A stretch of 64,000 nt of DNA, from contig CAVVYZ010000001.1 in the NCBI GenBank assembly GCA_963752595.1, forward strand, positions 64,001 to 128,000, read 5' to 3'. The stretch is from an uncultured delta proteobacterium. Lineage in GTDB: Bacteria; Desulfobacterota; Desulfomonilia; UBA1062. The translations under genes were made by a program, and so were the position numbers. The notes below the pieces were generated by a model. The model searched no databases. It was not told the DNA's origin and saw only the letters and a list, made by a program, of their open reading frames with translations. Shown here one piece after another: positions 56,483-64,000 of this stretch (its first letter is position 1; each line of letters starts with the position of its first letter).

Positions 56483-57820
56483 TTACCCCGGCAGAATCTT
56501 CCTGCACTCCAGATAGAACCGCTTCTCGTCGGCATGGCCCATGGAGAAGGTCTTCCGCGGCAGCACGCCGTCTTTGATGATGGTCCTGAAAAAGTCGAAC
56601 TTGGAAATCGCGGGCAGGAAGAACCCTACGGTATCCGGCCGTGAGGCGAGGTCGTTCACGATCTTCTCCCCGTGGATGTAGTCGATCCTGATCCCCGTAT
56701 CCTTGATGTACTCGTCGAGGAACGACTGGAGGGTCCCCACTTCGAGGGTGAGCTTCGGATTCCGGATGGAAATCGTACCGCACGAGGACTTTGTTACGAA
56801 CGAAATCCGGTGGGTATCGGGGAGCTTCGAGGGAATGGTCTGAAGCGCATCGGTTGTATCGCACATGCTCACGGAGAAGGTCGAGCCCTGGGCGGTATAA
56901 TATGATTCCATGCGTTTCAGCATGTCATCGGCAGGGCAGTTGAACACAACGCGGTCAATGGGCTCGAAGGTGAGCGCTTCGTCGTGAAGATTGACCAGTT
57001 CCACAAGTGCGTACCGTGCCGGATGCTTCATGACGGCATCAGTGCCGGCCGCATCCCTTTTGAGCTTTTCCCAGATCTCCTTTGCCGTGGCCAGAGAATG
57101 GTTTCCGTCTCCCATGGCATAGAGCAGGACATTGCGGTCTTTGGTCTGGTACTTTTCCTGGAAGACATCCGGATCGGCCAGTTCAGCGAGCGCCTCTGCT
57201 ATCCCGGCGAGCGTTTTTTCGCCGTTTGCCAGGTATCCTCTGATGTGCCCGCTTCCTTCCATGAGATCGAAGTCATAGACCTTTTGCAGCCCTTTTTTGA
57301 AAAGGGGCTCGATTACGGTTTTCCCGGGGTCATCGATGAGCACCATGATATGGGGAGACTCGATGGGCGCCCCCTGCCGGATCTTTATCCTGGGAGGCAG
57401 CCTGTCGATGACCGTGCCCTCGGTCGCCCGGATGAGGCTCTTGGAGCCTTCCCGGAAATCGTAGCGTTCGAGGTCGAGGGCCACCACCAGCCCTTTGCGC
57501 GAGCTGCCGTGGCCGGTAGCCCTGTCCACGAGGATGAACCCTGACCGGCAGGGCACGAGGATATTTCGGTTGAGGTATTCCTCCATGTTCTTGTTGATCT
57601 TCCGGGCTGCCTCTTCAGAATCGCACTCCTCCAGGTAGGCCTCAGGGAGGATGATATGGAAGGTGGAGGGGCTCTGACCCACGAAATCCCTCACCCGTTC
57701 CCAGTACTCGGGCTGGGAGGTGTACTGGTCGCACGCAACCACTGCCCATTTCGTGAGGTCCGCGCCCTCACGGGGCAGCAGGATTTCAGGCACGAGGAGG
57801 CCGATATTATCGAACAGCAT
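56483..57820 (-). CDS. DUF1015 family protein
   Basis: WAVVACDQYTS, IRATEGT, YAMGDGNHSLATAK, DYIHG and LPRKTFSMG. Confidence 0.85.
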   Translation of the reverse strand: MLFDNIGLLVPEILLPREGADLTKWAVVACDQYTSQPEYWERVRDFVGQSPSTFHIILPEAYLEECDSEEAARKINKNMEEYLNRNILVPCRSGFILVDRATGHGSSRKGLVVALDLERYDFREGSKSLIRATEGTVIDRLPPRIKIRQGAPIESPHIMVLIDDPGKTVIEPLFKKGLQKVYDFDLMEGSGHIRGYLANGEKTLAGIAEALAELADPDVFQEKYQTKDRNVLLYAMGDGNHSLATAKEIWEKLKRDAAGTDAVMKHPARYALVELVNLHDEALTFEPIDRVVFNCPADDMLKRMESYYTAQGSTFSVSMCDTTDALQTIPSKLPDTHRISFVTKSSCGTISIRNPKLTLEVGTLQSFLDEYIKDTGIRIDYIHGEKIVNDLASRPDTVGFFLPAISKFDFFRTIIKDGVLPRKTFSMGHADEKRFYLECRKILPG

Positions 57821-57849
57821 AAGAATTCTCCTTATATGTGCTTCCCTTG

Positions 57850-58464
57850 TTACAGATTGATCTTATTGTATCCGTCGGCCAGGGAGGTATTCACGTGTAC
57901 CACGTCTTTGTTCAGGTCTTTGAGCGGATAGTCGGCAGTGATGGCCGGGAGCCTGTCCGCGTCTTCCTGCTTTTTGAGCACGGTCCCGGCAGGGACAATC
58001 CGGCCGTCCGGCACATGCACGCCCATGACGATGCAGCCGGGCTCGATTACGCAGTTGCTGCCCACCTCTGCTTTGAATACCAGGGACTGCATGCCCACGA
58101 ACGAATCATCTCCCACAGAGGCGGGGCCGTGGATCTGGACCTGGTGAGCAAGCGACACCCGCTTGCCGACATAGACCGCGTACTTCCTGCCCTGGACTTC
58201 CACGAGATGCTTGTCAATCGCATGCCCGTTATGCTCCGTCTCGAGGGCGTGAAGGACTACGCCGTCCTGGATGTTGGCTTCGTCTCCCACAAAAATGGGC
58301 TGCCCTTCGTCGCCGCGAATGGAGGCAAAGGGCGATACCATCACGCGTTTTCCCACCGACACGTTTCCTATGACTGCCGAGAGAGGGTGAATATAGGCGC
58401 TGGGGTCGATAACCGGTGTGTATCCCTTCCCGCAGAAATCGGTGATTACATTCTTATGAATCAT
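57850..58464 (-). CDS. Gamma-class carbonic anhydrase (Cam-like)
   Basis: Hexapeptide repeats; SIRGDEG, NIQDGVVLHALE and LAHQVQIHGP supply the three His metal ligands. Confidence 0.9.
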   Translation of the reverse strand: MIHKNVITDFCGKGYTPVIDPSAYIHPLSAVIGNVSVGKRVMVSPFASIRGDEGQPIFVGDEANIQDGVVLHALETEHNGHAIDKHLVEVQGRKYAVYVGKRVSLAHQVQIHGPASVGDDSFVGMQSLVFKAEVGSNCVIEPGCIVMGVHVPDGRIVPAGTVLKKQEDADRLPAITADYPLKDLNKDVVHVNTSLADGYNKINL

Positions 58465-58613
58465 GGCAGTACTCCTTATATGATGTATAGTTGCCGTGTA
58501 CGGATCAGTCCTGCATGGTCAGCCGGTGATCACGGCATCCTCCCCGGCATGGGGAAGTATCTATTTTTACCTGAGAAAGAGGATAAGGAAAAGAGGAAAT
58601 AATCTCTTTGTCT

Positions 58614-61199
58614 CTATTCCGGGACCAGTACCAGAACTTTCCGGTACTGCTTCTCTATCCTGTCGTCCGCAAAGGGAAAGCTCCGGTAATCACCTTTGAG
58701 CCATGCATGGATTCCGTCATCATAGTAAGGGCTCGAAGGGTTGTCGCTCTGGCCCGTGCTGTTTATGACAAAAACAGGCTCTTCCAGACTGAAATCCACT
58801 ACCAGGCGCATGGCCGGGATCAGCCAGGTATTGAAATCCTTGCCGATCATGTATGCGGAGATATTGGGCGTGGTAAAGTCACCCGGAGCGGGGAAGGGGC
58901 CCCGGTTGAAGTAGGAGTTTAAGAAAGATAGGCCTGCCCTTTGAACGAAGTCAAGGTTTGGAGCCATCCTGCACGATTCGGTCACGAAATCATACGTGTG
59001 GAACTTTCCCCAGGTCCAGGCATTGCGGTTTTTCCCCAGACTCTCTTCAATAAGCACGATGGACTTTGCCAGAGCCCGGGCGATGATCCGGGCCTTGGTC
59101 TCCTGCACAGAAGTCGTGGTGTCGTCCCAGAACGGGCTTTCATCCCCCCTGACGATGAGGTGGTCCGATGTGGCGTTGTAGCTCATGGAGTTGCACGATA
59201 CGAAGGCCTTCCAGGTGGGAGAGGTGGTCGGGCCCAGCTCGTCGAGGAAAATCTCCCTGGTCAGGGTATTAATGAAGGCCCCCATAATGACCGCGTTTCG
59301 GGAATGGACGCTTAAGTCCCCATCGAATTCCCTGATCATGGCGAGGGCTTCACGGGCTTTCTCTTTCACGCTCTCGTCCTGCCAGGAATCTATCTCGGAG
59401 GCGATGGGGCGGGAGAGGTCTCCTTCGAGCAGGACCTTTCTGATGGCCGGAAGGGACGATGTATGCGTATCGAGCTGAATATCCTTGGAGGTCTTCGCTG
59501 TATGGTCCTTGGTTGCTTTGATCATTTCCACAATGCGGTCTATCCGGTCGGGCCAGTACCATGATGATGAGAGGATATGGGGGTAATCGGCGCCGACGGT
59601 CTTATTGTTGGCAGTGGCGATGTACCCCTCCGGAGGGTTCAGAGAACAGGGATACTTATCGACAGAGAGGAACCCGTTCCAGTCGTACTCTCCTGTCCAG
59701 CCCGGGGAGGGCATGAGTCCGCGGCCGCTCTTGCGGACGGGATAGCGGCCCGTGACCTGCCATGCGATGTTCTCCTTGTCCGCGACAACCATATTCAGCG
59801 CCATGATCTGGATCCGCTTCAGGATAGGGACGGCCTCATCGACAGACTCCGCGGTCAACAGTGAGAAGAAGGCATCCAGACTTTTGTCTTCCGGCTCGAA
59901 AGCTGCCCATGAAAGGGCAATGCCGTAGGGAAGCTCGACAGGATTCGACATGAATGGATTCTTAGGCGGGCGCTTCAGGATATCATTGAGCAGAGGTCCG
60001 TGGATGGTCTCCTGGACAGTGATGTGTACGGGCTCGTAGCCGCGGACGATAAAGGTCTCTTTCCGCTGGGTAACCGGCAGCCATGATCCTTTATAGAGAT
60101 AGCTCATTTTCCCGTCCGTTGTTTTAAGCTTTTCGAGAAAGAGGTCCTGGTTGTCGGCCATAACCATGGTCATACCCCAGGCTATATGCCCGTTATACCC
60201 TGCCACGATGCCCGGCAGCCCTGCCGCGCATACCCCTGCTGCATCAAGGCCGTTGCAGCGGATATGCATCATGTTCCACAGGGAAGGGAGCGTCAGCAGA
60301 AGGTGGGTATCGTTTGCAAGGATGCTTGCCTTGCGTTCTGTCATCCCCTTGGCCACAGCCCAGTTGTTGGATGACGCTATGCCGGTGAGCCCCAGCGCGG
60401 CGAGTATATCATCCGCAGCAATTGTTCCTTTCAGGCTGGAAAGCGTCCCTTGAAGATCCAGGCCTTTCAGCTTCCGAGCCTCGTCCAGAGGGAGGGGTTC
60501 ATCCGGGTGGATGGGCATGAGCCAGGCTGCCTTTTCAGTGCCCACTGCCTTGGCCAGGATAAGGGATTCCGTTTCTTCATGCATATTGAAGGACAGGGCA
60601 AAATTCACGAGGGCAAGGATGCTCATGGAATCCATGGGCACCCACTTCTCGGGTTTGTATCCGCTCATGGCGAGCTCGGGGGGGAGCTTGTCGCTGTGCT
60701 GCTCGATATATGCGTTCACCCCTTGCGCATACCGGCCGAGGAGAATCTTGTTTTCCTGCGACAGCCCGTCAAAAAGGATGCGGGCGGACTTTGAGAGGTT
60801 CAGCGTGCGCATGAAGACGTCGATATCAAGTGCAGGCTTTCCCGCCATCTCGGAGAGCCTCCCCTGCGAGAGGAGCTTGATCCCGACCATCTGGGTAAGC
60901 CTGTCCGAAGCATTGACATAGCCTATGGCGAAGGAAAGGTCCTGCATATCAGAAGCTTCGATGAAGGGGATGCCCATGTCGTCACGGCGTATGGTGATCT
61001 GGCTGTGAAGCCCTTTCATGGACAGCTGACCTTCCATGACAGGAAGGGTGTCCGAGTAATGGGAGTTGAGCATGCGCGTGCAACCCCCGGTAATGAGAAC
61101 CGCTGCCGAAAGCAAGGCCGGGAGGAGCATCCGGTTCAGCTGTGATCCAAGGCATACGCTTCTTTTCCACACAAAGGGCCGGATATTCAATACCTTCAC
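58614..61199 (-). CDS. Penicillin acylase family Ntn-hydrolase (AHL acylase QuiP-like)
   Basis: IRRDDMGIP, DRLTQM, SNNWAV (N-terminal nucleophile Ser), LANDTHL, TANN and GQSDNPSSPYYDD. Confidence 0.9.
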   Translation of the reverse strand: MKVLNIRPFVWKRSVCLGSQLNRMLLPALLSAAVLITGGCTRMLNSHYSDTLPVMEGQLSMKGLHSQITIRRDDMGIPFIEASDMQDLSFAIGYVNASDRLTQMVGIKLLSQGRLSEMAGKPALDIDVFMRTLNLSKSARILFDGLSQENKILLGRYAQGVNAYIEQHSDKLPPELAMSGYKPEKWVPMDSMSILALVNFALSFNMHEETESLILAKAVGTEKAAWLMPIHPDEPLPLDEARKLKGLDLQGTLSSLKGTIAADDILAALGLTGIASSNNWAVAKGMTERKASILANDTHLLLTLPSLWNMMHIRCNGLDAAGVCAAGLPGIVAGYNGHIAWGMTMVMADNQDLFLEKLKTTDGKMSYLYKGSWLPVTQRKETFIVRGYEPVHITVQETIHGPLLNDILKRPPKNPFMSNPVELPYGIALSWAAFEPEDKSLDAFFSLLTAESVDEAVPILKRIQIMALNMVVADKENIAWQVTGRYPVRKSGRGLMPSPGWTGEYDWNGFLSVDKYPCSLNPPEGYIATANNKTVGADYPHILSSSWYWPDRIDRIVEMIKATKDHTAKTSKDIQLDTHTSSLPAIRKVLLEGDLSRPIASEIDSWQDESVKEKAREALAMIREFDGDLSVHSRNAVIMGAFINTLTREIFLDELGPTTSPTWKAFVSCNSMSYNATSDHLIVRGDESPFWDDTTTSVQETKARIIARALAKSIVLIEESLGKNRNAWTWGKFHTYDFVTESCRMAPNLDFVQRAGLSFLNSYFNRGPFPAPGDFTTPNISAYMIGKDFNTWLIPAMRLVVDFSLEEPVFVINSTGQSDNPSSPYYDDGIHAWLKGDYRSFPFADDRIEKQYRKVLVLVPE

Positions 61200-61243
61200 A
61201 AAACCTCCCTTTCGTACTCAAAGGATTCCTGGCACAAGCTCTT

Positions 61244-62029
61244 TCAGCCGCTTATCTCAATGGTTCCCTTCATGTAGAGTGCTGCCCGGCCCGAGATCGC
61301 AACCCGCCCGCTCATGTTGCGGCAGAATATCTCGCCGCCTCGTCTGGAGATCTGGCGGGCATAGAGGTCGTCTTTCCCGAGCCTTTCAGCCCAGTAGGGT
61401 ATGAGGGCGCAGTGGGCAGAGCCCGTGACCGGGTCTTCGGGGATGCCGAGAGCCGGAGCGAAAAAACGGGAGACAAAATCCGCATCACTCCCCGGGGCGG
61501 TCACGATGACCCCCCGTAAGTCGAGGGAGCCCAGCCCGGCCATATCAGGGTTCAGACTCCTGACGTCTTCCTCGTTTTCATACACAACAAAATAATCTTC
61601 AGAGCTTAAAACCTTCCTGGGGGTTCTTCCGAGGCTCGAGATGAGCGCAGGAGGGGCCTTGCAGGGAGCAGGAGGCTGGGAAGGAAAATCCATGGTGAGC
61701 ATCTCTCGGCTGCGGGCCACTCTCAAGGGGCCGCTTCTCGATGCAAAGCTCACCTGGAGGCCGGTTTTGTTGATGAAGGTAAAGAACACGAAGGCAGATG
61801 CAAGGGTTGCATGGCCGCACAGGTCTACCTCTGCCGCAGGGGTGAACCAGCGGATCCGGTAGCTGTCGCCCTCGGGAACAAAGAAGGCGGTCTCCGAGAG
61901 ATTGTTCTCGGATGCGATTTTCTGCATGAGATCATCGGGGAGCCACTCCCGGAGTGGGCACACGGCAGCAGGATTGCCTGAGAACACATGACCCGTGAAT
62001 GCATCGACCTGATAAATAGGTATTTCCAT
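61244..62029 (-). CDS. PhzF family isomerase/epimerase
   Basis: QVDAF..GNPAAV, NLSETAF, RWFTP.EVDLCGHATLA and EDPVTGSAH. Confidence 0.92.
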   Translation of the reverse strand: MEIPIYQVDAFTGHVFSGNPAAVCPLREWLPDDLMQKIASENNLSETAFFVPEGDSYRIRWFTPAAEVDLCGHATLASAFVFFTFINKTGLQVSFASRSGPLRVARSREMLTMDFPSQPPAPCKAPPALISSLGRTPRKVLSSEDYFVVYENEEDVRSLNPDMAGLGSLDLRGVIVTAPGSDADFVSRFFAPALGIPEDPVTGSAHCALIPYWAERLGKDDLYARQISRRGGEIFCRNMSGRVAISGRAALYMKGTIEISG

Positions 62030-62380
62030 ACCCGGCGCTCATCCTTTTATTTCAGAGTCGTTTCCTGCATAAAAGACAGGCATTACCAATGTTTCAGTGA
62101 ATCATAATGGGTAATTGGGAAACCAATGTCAATGTCGATATTGAAAGCCCGGGAAGGGAAGATATTGATATATGTATCGCTCCCTCTGGCCGGCATGCCG
62201 GAGGAACTCAGGAATTAGCTGGATGGAGCGTTTGATTGCAGGTTCTCTTGTATCCAGGCATGCAAGCATTCGGGCTAAATGGGAATAAAAATACCTCTGA
62301 TGGGTAAATCAGGTTCCATTTCTCATGATAGATGAAAGGGATCTATTAAGCAAACTATTGAAATGGTTGAAGAAATGATA

Positions 62381-62396
62381 TGGCATATGGCTTGCT
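62381..62396 (+). promoter_or_regulatory. Sigma54 (-24/-12) promoter
   Basis: TGGCATATGGCTTGCT has GG and GC at the canonical spacing, 52 nt upstream of ORF 62449. Confidence 0.65.
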
Positions 62397-62448
62397 GAAA
62401 AAAAGAAGGTGCGCTGCTCCCGGCACAGGATAAAGGGCACAGAATATA

Positions 62449-62742
62449 ATGAGTAAACAGGATGGCACCATGTTTTTTGATGATTTCGCTGCACGTAAGA
62501 CAGAGAGAGAAGTTCGGGAAAAACCCGAGATCCAGGAGCTCATCGATGTAAAGAACAGGCTCATCTCCGAGCACCCGAACCTGAAAGCAACCCAGGATGA
62601 GATCGACAGACTGATGAGCACGACCCTGGACCCACGTATTCGTCTTGAGATCCTCTTCATGCTCATCACAGAGAAGCTGGACGTAATGAGGGGCATATTC
62701 GAGGAAGTAGCTCGGCTGGCGGATCAGGCCTTACCGGAATAA
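62449..62742 (+). CDS. Small helical hypothetical protein
   Basis: 97-aa ORF with protein-like composition, downstream of a sigma54-like promoter. Confidence 0.65.
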   Translation: MSKQDGTMFFDDFAARKTEREVREKPEIQELIDVKNRLISEHPNLKATQDEIDRLMSTTLDPRIRLEILFMLITEKLDVMRGIFEEVARLADQALPE

Positions 62743-62819
62743 TGCGGTTGAACCGCTTTAAGGCAGGTTTTTAAGCCCGACACCAATCTCTTGTGAAAGA
62801 TGAACTTTGCAGGGGAATC

Positions 62820-63602
62820 TTATGTATCCGGCCTCATGCCGGCCTTCATCCATCGTTCGATGGAATTATACCAGGACCGGGGGATGAGGTCATTCGGCCT
62901 CTCATCAGGAATAAGGCTCCCCTGGCCCACGAGCACATCTAGGGCATGGCCGGTGATGAGCTTGTTGTAGTCCCAGCGCTTGAGCACACCGGGGAAGGAC
63001 TCCTTCAGGAGCGAGACGAATCCTTTCAGGACATCATCCCTTTGATCCCCTTTTGCCTCAACCTCCAGCTCGTAGTGAAGGAACCTTTTTTCTCCTATCT
63101 CGTAACATACCTTGTCCAGGGCCATTTCGCCTATGACATTGCGATCGTCTTCGCTTTCCGGGACGATATCGAAAAGCACCCTTGAGGTCTGCCTTAACTG
63201 GATCACGAAGAGCGACAATCCCTCCAGCGTCCCGGCAGGGTCGCTTCCATGAAAGGACCCTTTAACATAGTGAAGGACGCCTGCTTCGCGTGCGATCTGC
63301 TCCAGGGTCTGCTCCGACCACGGGCCCTCGATTTCCAGTCGGCGAATTCCTCCCCATGCATTCGTCCGTTCCTTGCCCTTGAGGCAGAGGAGCCTGTCTC
63401 TGCCGTGCGTTCTGAGGCGCAGGGCGTAGCCCTTTTTCTTTAAAGCTGAATCCGGCGTATCGACGTACTGATCGTGAATCACCAGGTTTCCTCGAGAAAC
63501 GAGCGTGTAGGGTCCGATGGACCGGAGAGCGGAAATATCGCGGAATACGGCTTCCGGGTCTTCTGAATCGACCCGTACGGTTACTTCAAACTCCTCGGCC
63601 AT
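62820..63602 (-). CDS. CYTH (triphosphate tunnel) domain protein
   Basis: N-terminal ExE (EEFEV), DQYVDTPD..L, ALRLR, LCLKG, RLEIE, ALDKV and ELEVEAK. Confidence 0.85.
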   Translation of the reverse strand: MAEEFEVTVRVDSEDPEAVFRDISALRSIGPYTLVSRGNLVIHDQYVDTPDSALKKKGYALRLRTHGRDRLLCLKGKERTNAWGGIRRLEIEGPWSEQTLEQIAREAGVLHYVKGSFHGSDPAGTLEGLSLFVIQLRQTSRVLFDIVPESEDDRNVIGEMALDKVCYEIGEKRFLHYELEVEAKGDQRDDVLKGFVSLLKESFPGVLKRWDYNKLITGHALDVLVGQGSLIPDERPNDLIPRSWYNSIERWMKAGMRPDT

Positions 63603-63627
63603 GGGTCCTCATCCCTTTTGCATTCTC

Positions 63628-63999
63628 TCAAGCAGCCGGCGGGCGCTCGCCTGTAATGATCGCGACCGTATCGAACATGAAATAATGGAAGGCGACTTTC
63701 GTAAAGCCGGCTGATTCCATGATCCCGGCCAGTTCCCGGGGCGTCTTGAATGCCTGTATGGATTCCGGCAGGTAGCGGTACGCATCCCACTGCCTGCTCA
63801 CCATCCCTCCCAGGAAGGTGATTCCTATTTTGAAGTACAGGTATATGAGCGGTTTCATGGCATGGTACTTCGGCGGGCAGGTATCCAGGCAGACCACCCG
63901 GCCGCCCGGCTTGACGACCCTGAGCTGCTCCTGGAAAGCCTTTTCCACATCCGGTGCATTGCGCATCAGAAAGCCGGAGGTAACTGCATCGAAGCATTT
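63628..63999 (-). CDS. ubiE: UbiE/MenG-family methyltransferase, C-terminal part (runs off the window end)
   Basis: FDAVTSGFLMRN, RVVKPGGRVVCLD and AYRYLPESIQAF. Confidence 0.85.
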   Translation of the reverse strand, partial: KCFDAVTSGFLMRNAPDVEKAFQEQLRVVKPGGRVVCLDTCPPKYHAMKPLIYLYFKIGITFLGGMVSRQWDAYRYLPESIQAFKTPRELAGIMESAGFTKVAFHYFMFDTVAIITGERPPAA

Positions 64000-64000
64000 G

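Noticed and set aside
62820-63602. CYTH protein as a class IV adenylate cyclase linked to the CHASE2/cNMP cluster
   Set aside because: It is more than 6 kb away and directly downstream of ubiE, and most CYTH proteins are triphosphatases; nothing in the sequence links them.

Overview
64 kb of GC-rich chromosomal DNA from an anaerobic bacterium. Gene content suggests a Desulfobacterota/deltaproteobacterial syntroph-like organism (inference). It holds about 55 CDSs; I recognised no rRNA, tRNA, CRISPR array, transposase or phage genes. Housekeeping and metabolic genes include an amidase, PPDK/PEPS regulatory kinase, DEAD-box helicase, endonuclease III, acyl-CoA ligase/dehydrogenase, membrane H+-PPase, gamma-carbonic anhydrase, Ntn-acylase, PhzF, CYTH and UbiE. 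Several poorly characterised modules stand out: (1) a minus-strand cNMP-binding protein / TPR-Slam-like (type XI secretion) outer-membrane barrel / FecR + TbpB-like-barrel protein / CHASE2 adenylate cyclase cluster, which looks like a trans-envelope cAMP signalling system; (2) a glycyl radical enzyme with an N-terminal SCP2-like lipid-binding domain and no adjacent activase, followed by a PLP enzyme and an Fe-S protein; (3) a lysine 2,3-aminomutase + two Ddl-like ATP-grasp ligases + GNAT operon with a possible leader peptide; (4) a PA2779-like double-glycine protein / C39 peptidase / TPR lipoprotein operon; (5) a HEAT-repeat / HD-GYP pair sharing an unnamed N-terminal domain; (6) a TetR-controlled molybdopterin oxidoreductase operon whose enzyme seems to have Glu at the metal-ligand position. 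Two regions (about 13.1-14.7 kb and 22.4-26.1 kb) have dense single-base frameshifts that look like assembly errors, while several short truncated gene remnants look like real decay. A nested-hairpin intergenic repeat occurs twice. All family calls are from motif recognition by eye, not database searches.
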